From positions 20,810 to 84,809 of the forward strand of contig CAWBMN010000008.1 of assembly GCA_963789945.1 (NCBI GenBank): a stretch of DNA of 64,000 bases, read 5' to 3'. Shown piece after piece: positions 40,220 to 48,998 of the stretch. The notes below the pieces were generated by a model. It ran no database searches, was not told the DNA's origin, and worked only from the letters and a program-made list of their open reading frames with translations. Both the position numbers and the translations under genes were made by a program. The stretch comes from an uncultured beta proteobacterium. Lineage in GTDB: Bacteria; Pseudomonadota; Gammaproteobacteria; Burkholderiales; JACQAP01. Numbering within the stretch: position 1 is the stretch's first letter; the number at the start of each line of letters is the position of its first letter.

Positions 40220-41452
40220 CTAAAAGGAATACGGCAGGTTCAGCGACAACGTGAGATCCGGGCTGTCGCCGCCGACACCCATCGCGACCGCGGGCTCCAT
40301 GAACAGACCGCGCGCGAGCATCCAGGTCATGCCGAATTGCAGCTGGTAGCGCTCGCGCGGCGGCGGAATCGAAACGCCATCCGGCGAAACCGTGTTCCGA
40401 TAGGTACCGACGAAAAGCGTACTGACAGCGAGGACGTCGTTGAGCGCGTACGTATAACCGAGACTGAAGCCGAAGTTGTTCTTGGCGAGGGATCGCTGCG
40501 AATCCGCCGGATCGATCTCCAGCCCATACAAGTAGCTGAATCCGGCAAAAATCACCGCGGGATCGTAACTCTTGGAAAACACCAAACCCCCGCCCACTCC
40601 TTGGTCGCCCGGCCCGGTAGGCAACACCACGTCCAGGCTCCAGATGATGTTGGGTCGACCTGCCGCTTCCCGCGAGGCAACGCCGAGCAATGAAAGGGAT
40701 GCGTCCCCGATGTAGTCATCGCGGGTGACGAGCGCCGAGGTTGTGCCGCTTATCGTGGCGTCGGTATAGGTCGTGTCGCGGCGCGATACCCCGGGCACTC
40801 GCGCCGTGATTTGCAGGTCGTTGAGCAAACCATAGCGCAACGCGGCGTTGGCGCCGACCGCACGCTGCTCCTGCCGAATGACCGGGAACAACGTCTGCTC
40901 GCTGTAGGAATAGAAGACGCCAAAGTCGACGGTCGCTGCGCCCCGCTTGAGGAGTACGCTTTGATCGCGCAAGGCGATTTCCTCGGCTGTGGGCGTCGTG
41001 GGGCGCTCGCCAACGGTGGGCGGCGGACTGCTTGCCGGAGGTTTTGTATCCGGCGCGGCTTGCGAAAGGCGCGTCGAGGATTCCGGCGCCGCGCCTCTCG
41101 CGCGCAACGCGGGTAGTTCCCCGGCAAGCGCTTCCGCTGGATCGAGATTGCTCGATGGCGCCGGCACTATGCGCGGCGCGCCGGTAAACTGTGCGTCCTT
41201 CAACCATTCGAGCAACGCGGCGCGCGAAAAGCGCCACGTATCGCCGACGCGACGAGCCGGGATGCGGTGCGCTTCGGCCAGTTCGCGAACCACCTCGGGC
41301 CGTACCCGCAACAGCAACGCGGCTTCGTCGAGATCCAGCACCTCCAGGCTCGGGCTGGCGTCGGCGGCCACACAAGACGACGCGACCGGCAACGTACTCA
41401 AGAAAACCAGCGCGACGAGCGCGAGCAGCCGATGGAGAGTGGAGCAGGCCAA
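40220..41452 (-). CDS. FapF/MetA-pathway-like outer-membrane barrel with an N-terminal excisionase-type HTH
   Basis: Signal peptide; LDLDEAALLLRV....IPARRVGDTWRFSRAALLEWL; Pro-rich linker; LRYGL, GD.SL, PTG, KSYDPAVIF; C-terminal LPYSF beta-signal. Confidence 0.75.
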   Translation of the reverse strand: MACSTLHRLLALVALVFLSTLPVASSCVAADASPSLEVLDLDEAALLLRVRPEVVRELAEAHRIPARRVGDTWRFSRAALLEWLKDAQFTGAPRIVPAPSSNLDPAEALAGELPALRARGAAPESSTRLSQAAPDTKPPASSPPPTVGERPTTPTAEEIALRDQSVLLKRGAATVDFGVFYSYSEQTLFPVIRQEQRAVGANAALRYGLLNDLQITARVPGVSRRDTTYTDATISGTTSALVTRDDYIGDASLSLLGVASREAAGRPNIIWSLDVVLPTGPGDQGVGGGLVFSKSYDPAVIFAGFSYLYGLEIDPADSQRSLAKNNFGFSLGYTYALNDVLAVSTLFVGTYRNTVSPDGVSIPPPRERYQLQFGMTWMLARGLFMEPAVAMGVGGDSPDLTLSLNLPYSF

Positions 41453-41456
41453 AGCG

Positions 41457-42296
41457 TTACCTGTTCGGGAAGAGCAAGGGAATCGGCTTGCCGATCTCCA
41501 TCAAGCGCTCCGCGCTCAGCACTTCCAGCGGAGTGTCGGGCCCGCCGGCGAGCCGCAAAGCGTAGCGCTCCGGCCAGTCGCCCGCGGCTCTCTCCACCGC
41601 AAAGACCACGCCGCGACCGGACTCGTCGGACCACATATCGAGGAAGCGATAGAGCGGCATGCGCACATTTCCGAGCGAAGGGTCGGCGAGATGCACGCGA
41701 TCGCCCCGCAGGCCCTTCAACACCGCAAAGTGCTCGTAGCCGTGGGGCTTGATGAACACGATCACCGGCCGTGACAGCTTGGCAAGCTGAGACCGATGAA
41801 CGCGGAACCCCTGCGCCTTGTGGCCGCGTTTTTGCGCGAGTTGCTGCAGATCGAACAGCGACAGCCCTTTTTTCTGAAGCGCAATGAGCTCTTCGGGCGA
41901 GAGCGGCTCGAGCAACGCGCGCAATAGCACGTCCTCGTCGACCGGATCGTTCAGTCCATAGGTCAGCAGGGTCGCGAGCGCTGCCGAACCGCAGGAATAG
42001 TCGTAACGTTGCTTCACGACGCCCGCATCGCGTAGCGCGCGCAGGGACCTGACGTTGAACTCAGTCCTGGCAGCGCCGGCCTTGACGACGACTTGCGCGT
42101 CCGGGCACCCGCCGCCGCCGTGCTCTGCGGCCGCACATGAACCGACACCGGCCCGAGGGGAATCGTCCTGCGGCGCTTGGGCCCATGTGCCCGAGGCCAG
42201 CGTCGCAGCGAATAACACCGCGAACGTTCGCACGCCCGCGACGCGGACCGCTTGGGCGCGACCGGTTTTCCAGGAAGGCTCGACTGCGTTCGACAT
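41457..42296 (-). CDS. Stand-alone C39 family peptidase (FapD-like)
   Basis: VVKQRYDYSCGSAALATLL, GLSLFDL, HFAVLKG..ADPSLGN (Cys-His-Asp triad); signal-like segment ending TWA. Confidence 0.88.
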   Translation of the reverse strand: MSNAVEPSWKTGRAQAVRVAGVRTFAVLFAATLASGTWAQAPQDDSPRAGVGSCAAAEHGGGGCPDAQVVVKAGAARTEFNVRSLRALRDAGVVKQRYDYSCGSAALATLLTYGLNDPVDEDVLLRALLEPLSPEELIALQKKGLSLFDLQQLAQKRGHKAQGFRVHRSQLAKLSRPVIVFIKPHGYEHFAVLKGLRGDRVHLADPSLGNVRMPLYRFLDMWSDESGRGVVFAVERAAGDWPERYALRLAGGPDTPLEVLSAERLMEIGKPIPLLFPNR

Positions 42297-42412
42297 GGGC
42301 GAAATAACACTACCACATCGCCAAGCGCTTACGGATTCACCTCGCGCTGCATGCGGACGTGAAAACGGCCCCTTGTCGGGGCCGTCTTGGATCTTGAGCC
42401 GATGTGAAAAGA

Positions 42413-42781
42413 TTAGCAGGGGTTCGTGCCTGTGCCCCCGCCGACGCACGTGTAGAGGCCACGTTTGACGAATGCTGCGTTGATGGCTTCGGCGTTCGTC
42501 TGGTAATAAAGCGCCAGCCTTGTCGTCGCGGCCGCCAATCTCGTGCGACCGGCCTCGGTCAGCGCGGCAGCGGTGTCGAACAGTGCCGCTGCGATGTTGT
42601 ACGCGTTCAGCTCGCCGGAAATCGCGTCCATATCCTGGGACGACAACGCCTGTGCTTCAACGCCTTGCAGCGCCGAAAAACCGCTGTCGTCCTGCGATTC
42701 GGCAAACGCCGGGGTCAACAATAGCGAGCCGCTGAGAACTGCGGCGGCAAACAGTGACGCTAAGGCTCTGATTTGTTTCAT
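42413..42781 (-). CDS. Small secreted protein with a double-glycine-like leader (candidate C39 substrate)
   Basis: GAGGAG RBS; Sec signal ending AFA; ALSSQDMDAISG motif; Ala-rich body; C-terminal C-x9-C. Confidence 0.72.
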   Translation of the reverse strand: MKQIRALASLFAAAVLSGSLLLTPAFAESQDDSGFSALQGVEAQALSSQDMDAISGELNAYNIAAALFDTAAALTEAGRTRLAAATTRLALYYQTNAEAINAAFVKRGLYTCVGGGTGTNPC

Positions 42782-43067
42782 GGCTGATGGCTCCTCATAG
42801 CGAATGCTGCCACCGTGGCAGCAGAAAGGACAACATATCATGAGTATTCATACCCTCCCTTGCAGATTCTTGGCTTGACCTATGTCAAACGTGGAACGTC
42901 CTTCGGCAAGCCTGGCGCCCATGAAGGTGCTCGCGCCCATGCCGGCCTGTTAAGTCATCGCCACCAGATACCTCAGCCGTTTCGAGTGGTGGCGCAAGTC
43001 CGATCCCTTATCCCCTTTTTCCTATTCCCTTAGGCAGTCGCCGCACTCGCCACCCAGCACAGGTTTT

Positions 43068-43165
43068 CCTCATCCCCGCGCCTGGCAGATCTGCGGGTCC
43101 ACCCGGAACCCCGCCGCGGGACCATAGGCGCAGGCCGCTCCGTTCTTGTCCACGTATGTCAACTT
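43068..43165 (-). pseudogene. Orphan 3' remnant of the matrixin gene (copy of 22424-22521)
   Basis: Ungapped match of about 95 nt with about 10 mismatches, including the stop codon; encodes VDKNGAACAYGP. Confidence 0.85.
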
Positions 43166-43224
43166 TCTCTGCATGCCAAGCCTTGTATCTTGAATTGCGA
43201 AGTTGAGTAGTGTTGCGTTCGGCC

Positions 43225-43251
43225 CGCCGCAGATCGTTACGCCGGGAAGTT
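43225..43251. repeat. 27-nt exact direct repeat of the amidohydrolase 3' end (47055-47081)
   Basis: CGCCGCAGATCGTTACGCCGGGAAGTT at both sites; spans the stop codon. Confidence 0.85.
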
Positions 43252-43418
43252 TCGAACCTGGACCGGCGGATTGTGGACCGGGGTCTGCGTGAACTGGGTC
43301 CTATGCATGCAACACCAAGCCAGACCACCCTTTCGTCTTTGTATTGGCGGTGCGTCGGCAAAGAACGCCGGATTCTGCGTCAAGTCCGCGATCCGGCTCG
43401 CGCGCAAAATTCGCCTCC

Positions 43419-44735
43419 ATGAACACGACCTCTTTGGCCCTCGATCACCTCCTGCGCGCCGTGGGCGATCCGGTCGCCGAGCTACGCGACATCGGTCTCG
43501 GTCATCCGGAGTTCGATCGAGCACAGACGATCCGGGCCGCAGCCGGCGTCCTCGCGAAAACCCCGGATACCTTTCCCGCAATCGCACAGGCGATCCGGGC
43601 GGTCGATGAGCTTGCGGCATCGCCACGAACACGCGCCCACCTTGCCGCGGCCAAAGCGTGGCTGTCCGGGAACCCGGTCCTCGCCGCTGAAAGTTATGCC
43701 TTCATCCTGGGCCGGTGGCCTCGGGATTTGCTGGCGCTGCGGCTCGCGCTGTCGTGCTACTTCTACCTGGGCTGGCATGAGCAGCTTTGCGCGCTCGTCG
43801 ATGCAGTAATCCCGGCGTGGAGGCGCGATCAGCGCGATTTCGGATTCGTGCTTGCCATGGCGTCGTTCGCGCACGCTGAAACCGGCGACGGAGCGCGCGC
43901 CGAGGCACTGGGGCGGGAAGCGCTGGCGGACGACCCTGCCTGCCCGTTGGGTGTGCACGCGGTCGCGCACGCGTTTGCCGGGTCCGGGCGGCACCGCGAC
44001 GGCGCGCAATGGATGCGCGATCAGCGTGGCCACTGGGCCACGCAGAGCCGCATGTGCACTCACAACGCATGGCATCTCGCCATGTTCGACGCCGAGGCGG
44101 GAAACGTTGCGTCGGCGCTGGGCATACTCGACACCTGGTTGCTTCCCGCCAGCGCGGGATCGGCACCCGATGCGTGCGACGCCGCTGCGCTGTTATGGCG
44201 CCTCGCGACCGACGGGGTGGACGTCGAAGGCCGCTGGCGCAAGGTTTCCGACGCCTTCGAACGGACAATGACCCCGGGTTTCTGGCCCTATATCGACCTT
44301 CATGCGGCTCTCGCACACTTCAGTGCCGGGCAAAGGGCGCGGGCGCAACGTCTGGTACATGAGATCGAGCGCTGTGCGGGAGGCAGCGACTACTCGGCGC
44401 TGCGGGCGCGGCACGTCACCCGGCCGGGTCTGCGTGCGCTCGGCGCCTGGAGCGAAGGCCGTTATGGCGAGGCAGCGGAGTTACTTGCAGGCCTGCAACC
44501 GGTTCTCGGCGACGTTGGCGGAAGCCGCGTCCAGCTCGAAGTCTTCAAGTGGATCGAGCACGAGGCCGTCCGTCGGCAGCACGCCGAGCAATGCCAGCAA
44601 CCTCGACCCCCAGCAGCAAAGGAGCAAGCCCTGCCCCGGATCAAAGGTGCTTTCTTCGAGCCGCAGAAAAAACGGATTGCCTCAAGCTCCGCGTTCACCA
44701 CCCGGCGCACAACCCCAATAGCCGTGGAGAGTTAG
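43419..44735 (+). CDS. TPR protein, TTC38-like
   Basis: WPRDLLAL, GVHAVAH, HNAWHLA, DAAALLWRL, GGSRVQ. Confidence 0.75.
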   Translation: MNTTSLALDHLLRAVGDPVAELRDIGLGHPEFDRAQTIRAAAGVLAKTPDTFPAIAQAIRAVDELAASPRTRAHLAAAKAWLSGNPVLAAESYAFILGRWPRDLLALRLALSCYFYLGWHEQLCALVDAVIPAWRRDQRDFGFVLAMASFAHAETGDGARAEALGREALADDPACPLGVHAVAHAFAGSGRHRDGAQWMRDQRGHWATQSRMCTHNAWHLAMFDAEAGNVASALGILDTWLLPASAGSAPDACDAAALLWRLATDGVDVEGRWRKVSDAFERTMTPGFWPYIDLHAALAHFSAGQRARAQRLVHEIERCAGGSDYSALRARHVTRPGLRALGAWSEGRYGEAAELLAGLQPVLGDVGGSRVQLEVFKWIEHEAVRRQHAEQCQQPRPPAAKEQALPRIKGAFFEPQKKRIASSSAFTTRRTTPIAVES

Positions 44736-44940
44736 GGAAGCTCTGACCAAGTTCCACATGCGCGACCGAGGCGATTCGGGTCGAGGGCAAGACGGCGAGG
44801 ACGCCGTGTAGCCGGACGGCTGTGACTCGTTAGCGGTACGCCCGTTTGCGGGAGCAGCCGTATAAGCGCTCCGTTTATTTTGGTCAACACAGCCTCCATG
44901 CGCTCCTACCCGCCCCGATGCTACGCTCGCCGAGTCCGGA

Positions 44941-45189
44941 GCGCACATAAGGAGGAGCCGACGCACGCTCCAGCGCAAGCTCGCCGAGGCGGACCTGACC
45001 TACCAGAAGCTGGTCGACGACACGCGACGAGACCTCGCGATGCGTCATCTCGAGGACCCGAGGCACTCCATCACCGACGTCACCTTCCTGTTGGGCTTCT
45101 CACAGCAAAGCGCCTTCACGCGCGCGTTCAGGCGCTGGACGGGCATGTCGCCCAGCGCCTACCGCGCGCAGCATTCCGTGGCCGCCTGA
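44941..45189 (+). pseudogene. AraC-family C-terminal HTH remnant
   Basis: Frame 1: SRRTLQRKLAEADLTYQKLVDDTR...ITDVTFLLGFSQQSAFTRAFRRWTGMSPSAYR; no start codon after the upstream in-frame stop. Confidence 0.82.
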
Positions 45190-45263
45190 AGGCGCGCCTG
45201 TTGCTGGCCCGAACCGGCTGCGAAACGGGCCGCCATCGGCACCGGGCCGTGCCCGTACCCTCT

Positions 45264-45300
45264 TGTCGCATGCGGATAAACGATTGACGCATCGGGTCAA
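45264..45300 (+). promoter_or_regulatory. Tandem AraC-type binding sites
   Basis: TGTCGCATGCGGATAA and TGACGCATCGGGTCAA, 21 nt apart, between the AraC remnant and a small-ORF operon. Confidence 0.5.
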
Positions 45301-45399
45301 GCGACTTCGTTCCCGCCAACGGACACTGTTCTCGCGCACTGGTCTTCCCGACCGGGGCGCTTCGAGCGAGACGCCCCGTGATGGGGACCAGGAGCGAGG

Positions 45400-45681
45400 A
45401 TGATGGACTACCGCGTTTTCAACATGTCGAGTGGCGAAGACGAAGACAGTACCGAGGCGCACGTGTTCGCACGCGCCTACCGCGGCGCCTGGCGCGCCAT
45501 TTACGGCTCCGAGCCGGCAGGACGGCATCAAATCCCCGCGTTGGGATTCGTCATGGACTTCGGCGGACGGACGTCGGCGCGAGTTGGCACTGCACACGCG
45601 GGCGCAGCACTCACCGCACGGTGCGCCGCACCCGCGTCCGCCGCTGAGGATGTCCCGCCCGGAGAGCGCCATGACAAATGA
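45400..45681 (+). CDS. Hypothetical protein
   Basis: AGGAG RBS; its end overlaps the next start. Confidence 0.5.
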   Translation: MMDYRVFNMSSGEDEDSTEAHVFARAYRGAWRAIYGSEPAGRHQIPALGFVMDFGGRTSARVGTAHAGAALTARCAAPASAAEDVPPGERHDK

Positions 45682-45925
45682 CCTCTGGGCGCGCGTTCAA
45701 CAACTGTTTGGCCAGCGCAGGCCATCACCGGCCCAGGAACTCGAACAGATACTTGCCGGCTGGCGCGCGGAGGCGCGAACCAGAAACTCCGGGGCCGCAG
45801 TCAAGCGCGAACGGCTTCACCCGATGAAGGGGTGGGTGCCGGATAGCCCCGAACGCGCTGCGGATGGCGTGAATCCCCAACGGAAGTTCCGGCATCCGGC
45901 GCATGACCAGACCAGGTCAAGGTGA
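45671..45925 (+). CDS. Hypothetical protein (MTNDLWARVQQLFG...)
   Basis: GGAG before ATG; stop overlaps the next GTG (GTGA). Confidence 0.45.
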   Translation: MTNDLWARVQQLFGQRRPSPAQELEQILAGWRAEARTRNSGAAVKRERLHPMKGWVPDSPERAADGVNPQRKFRHPAHDQTRSR

Positions 45926-46320
45926 ACACGCATGCAGCAATGCTCGTCGCCACCGGCGCGGCGGGCTTCCTCGTAGGCGGCGCCGCGGGCGCGGCTGCCG
46001 GAGTTCTGGCGTGGACGGCCGTGCTGATCGCATGGTGGCGGCTCCGGCCCCGCAACGTGCAAGTCCTGCCGGGACCCGCGGAGCAGCCACAGCCTTCTAC
46101 CTACGCGGATTTCGACGAGGTGATCGAACGCCTCGACGACCGCGCGCGGGAGCGCAACTGGAGTCTTGGCAAGCGCTTCGAAATTGCCCGCTTGGCCTGC
46201 GAGAACCGGTCGATTTCAATCGACGAGCTGGAGAGCCTCTACGATCGGGGGCTCAGATCCGCGCCTGAAAAGACACGACAGAACACCCCGGAAAGCCCGG
46301 AGGATGACGAATCGGTGTGA
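45922..46320 (+). CDS. Hypothetical membrane-anchored protein
   Basis: Gly/Ala-rich hydrophobic N-terminus and a charged helical C-domain. Confidence 0.55.
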   Translation: MNTHAAMLVATGAAGFLVGGAAGAAAGVLAWTAVLIAWWRLRPRNVQVLPGPAEQPQPSTYADFDEVIERLDDRARERNWSLGKRFEIARLACENRSISIDELESLYDRGLRSAPEKTRQNTPESPEDDESV

Positions 46321-46497
46321 CTGTGGCTATGTGATTGGCATCTGATTGGTGATCAGTGCCATACGGGGTTCATGCGCAGGAGCATCCGGGAACGCATGAA
46401 ACCCGGGTTAGTTCAGTCACACCCGATTTATTCCGGGCCGGATGGATTCGCGTACGTGGCGCCTGACCCTATCGCTCCTAAGGCGCCACAGACGTTA

Positions 46498-46944
46498 CTA
46501 TTTCTCGGGCAAATAGGTTGCCTGACGCGCAATAAGCTTCCAGCTTTGCCCGTCCTTTGCCCAAACATGCAAATACCGGGAATGAAGAGTCTTGTCTTCG
46601 CCTCGCAGTTTTACGTCGATGTGGGCAACGCCGGTCACCAATGCCACTTCCCCAAAATCGCGGACCTTGGCCTCATCCCGGACGGCCTTCTTGACGACGG
46701 CCGTGCCGGACTTCAGCAATTCGATAAACGCGTTCTTGGTCATCAAGGCGCCGGCGGCCGTGTTGTAAAAAAATTCGTCAGCCAGCAAGACATCAAGAGA
46801 TTGCCAGTCGCCACCAATCATCGCGTCGTACCGACGATTTTCCAGCACATTGAGTTCTTCCTCGATGCTCGCCGAAATGGCTGCGCCCGGAAGCAAGGCA
46901 ACGACAACCGTAAACAGCGACAAGACGCTTGTAATCCTGTTCAT
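46498..46944 (-). CDS. NTF2-like (DUF4440) secreted protein
   Basis: Signal peptide; LLADEF..G..K, VRDFGEVALVTG, YLHVWAK..W. Confidence 0.82.
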   Translation of the reverse strand: MNRITSVLSLFTVVVALLPGAAISASIEEELNVLENRRYDAMIGGDWQSLDVLLADEFFYNTAAGALMTKNAFIELLKSGTAVVKKAVRDEAKVRDFGEVALVTGVAHIDVKLRGEDKTLHSRYLHVWAKDGQSWKLIARQATYLPEK

Positions 46945-47066
46945 GTGTGCTTCTCCCTTCATTTGAGTAAAAGTGGCGAAGACTGGCAACCGGGAAATTG
47001 AATTGGGCCAGAGTGAGCTGTCCCGGGTTTGCTGTTTCTGCGCTAGCTAAACCGCGCCGCAGATCG

Positions 47067-48752
47067 TTACGCCGGGAAGTTCCGAATCAGTATGCCGGGA
47101 TTGCCGCAGTTGGCGAGCGGTCCCGCCTCATCGACAACGCGTTGCCCGTTTACCCAGACCCCTTTCAGGCCGAGCGGCGGAATATCCACCCGGCTCGCTC
47201 CCGCGGGCAGATCCGAAATACGGCGTTTCTCGCCGCGGCCGACGGTGTGCGGGTCGAACAGGATGACATCTGCGTATGCGCCCGGCACGAGGCGGCCGCG
47301 ATCCGGAATGCGATAGGCATCGGCAGGACGGCTTGTCACCATCTGGACTGCCTGCTCCAGGGTCAGGTCGCCCCGCTCGCGGACCCAGTGGCCGAATAAA
47401 TGCAATCCGTAGCCTGCGTCGCACAGGAAGGACAGATGCGCGCCCGCGTCACCGAGGCCAAGGGCCGCACACGGGTGGACCAGCAGATCGCGCACCTTCT
47501 CCTCGTCCACATTGAACAGCTTGCAGTCGAACAGCGTCTGCATGCCTCCGTCGAGCGCGTGATCGAACACCCAGTCGAAGGGATCCTTGCCCGCCGCGCT
47601 TGCAAGGTCCGTGACCCGGCGGCCGACGAGCGATCTGAACTTCGGATTCGGCGTGTCGTGCACATGCATGTGTTCGAAGGAGTGATAGGAAAAGCGAACG
47701 GGCACCCCCTTTGTGCGCGCTTCCGCCTTGACGGCCTCCCGGAACGATCGATCCTTTAACAACTGCAGGTAGCGATCGGTACCCAGCGCTTCCATGGCCG
47801 GGCGCCAGGCGAGGATCGCATGCAGCGGGTAGGGCAATGACAGGGTGAATTCCATGCCGAGCGGATAACATGCCACCTGGCCCCACAATTCGCGACCGCG
47901 ACGGCGGGCGGTTTGGATTTCGTCGAACTCGGACACGACGCGGTCGGGATCGTTCGGGTCCGTGAACATCGCGGCGATCATCACCGGACGGCCGTTGCGT
48001 GCCGCGACGTCTTCGAGCCAGGGTACGGTGGTGGTCATTCCCTTGGTGAGCATGAACACGCCCTTGCCGGCTTCGCCGAGCGCGCCGGTGAGTTCCAGCA
48101 ATTCGTGTTCGCCGGCGAAGCGCGAAGGCATCGGGACGCCGCCTTCTCCATTGTGTTGCTCGAGCGTGGAGGTCGAAAACCCGATCGCGCCCGCGTCCAT
48201 AGCCTCACGCACAATGCGTTTCATCTGCGCGACCTCGGCATCGGTGGCCTTGCGCTTCATGGCGTCCTCGCCCATCACGTTCACGCGGACCGAGGAGTGT
48301 CCGCAGAACGAGGCCACATTGGGCACTGAACCCTTGCGTTCCAGCAGATCGAGGTACTCCGGGTAGGTTTCAAAGCCCCAGTCGATGCCCGCGCGCATCG
48401 CTTCGAGAGGCATGCCTTCCACCTGCCCGAGATTGCGCAACGTCAGGTCGCGATGCCCCGGCTTGCAAGGCGCGATGGTGAAGCCGCAGTTGCCGATGAC
48501 GACCGTGGTAACGCCGTTACCCGGCGACGGTGTGGCGAAGCTGTCCCAGGTGAGCTGCGCGTCGTAGTGCGTATGCAGATCAACGATGCCCGGCGCCAGC
48601 ACTTGTCCGTCCGCGTCCACGCGCGTTTGGGCCGAGCCGAGATTTTGTCCGACAGCCTCGATGCGGCCGCCCTTGATGGCGACGCCCCCTTTTATGGCCC
48701 GACCACCGAGGCCATCGATGACCCGGGCGTTTTCGATCACGAGATCGTGCAT
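47067..48752 (-). CDS. Amidohydrolase, N-acyl-D-amino-acid deacylase family
   Basis: PGIVDLHTHYD, GVTTVVIGNCG, DAGAH, RGRLVPGAYAD. Confidence 0.92.
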   Translation of the reverse strand: MHDLVIENARVIDGLGGRAIKGGVAIKGGRIEAVGQNLGSAQTRVDADGQVLAPGIVDLHTHYDAQLTWDSFATPSPGNGVTTVVIGNCGFTIAPCKPGHRDLTLRNLGQVEGMPLEAMRAGIDWGFETYPEYLDLLERKGSVPNVASFCGHSSVRVNVMGEDAMKRKATDAEVAQMKRIVREAMDAGAIGFSTSTLEQHNGEGGVPMPSRFAGEHELLELTGALGEAGKGVFMLTKGMTTTVPWLEDVAARNGRPVMIAAMFTDPNDPDRVVSEFDEIQTARRRGRELWGQVACYPLGMEFTLSLPYPLHAILAWRPAMEALGTDRYLQLLKDRSFREAVKAEARTKGVPVRFSYHSFEHMHVHDTPNPKFRSLVGRRVTDLASAAGKDPFDWVFDHALDGGMQTLFDCKLFNVDEEKVRDLLVHPCAALGLGDAGAHLSFLCDAGYGLHLFGHWVRERGDLTLEQAVQMVTSRPADAYRIPDRGRLVPGAYADVILFDPHTVGRGEKRRISDLPAGASRVDIPPLGLKGVWVNGQRVVDEAGPLANCGNPGILIRNFPA

Positions 48753-48998
48753 ATGTCACCTTCTATGGCGCTCTGGTGCGTGGCACATTCTAGCCCGCTT
48801 TTTTTTCACAGAACCGCCCCTTCGTTTGGCTAAGGCCTACCCTGAGCGGACATTCGGAGAAGCGCCGACTCCTACACGGTAAAGCGTGAATACGTCACAG
48901 AACGCGAGTACCGCCGAATCCTGCCGGACTAGCCGCTGCCTGCCGCCTGCGCCCTACCGTGCTCTGGTAGCGACGCGTTTACAAGTCGTTGGCCTCTC

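Noticed and set aside
41195-41345. HTH as the excisionase of a mobile element
   Set aside because: It is fused in frame between a signal peptide and a barrel, and no integrase is nearby; treated as a domain fusion instead.
22424-43165. Matrixin 3' end and its copy as a diversity-generating retroelement TR/VR pair
   Set aside because: Mismatches are not confined to adenines on either strand, and there is no reverse transcriptase in the window.
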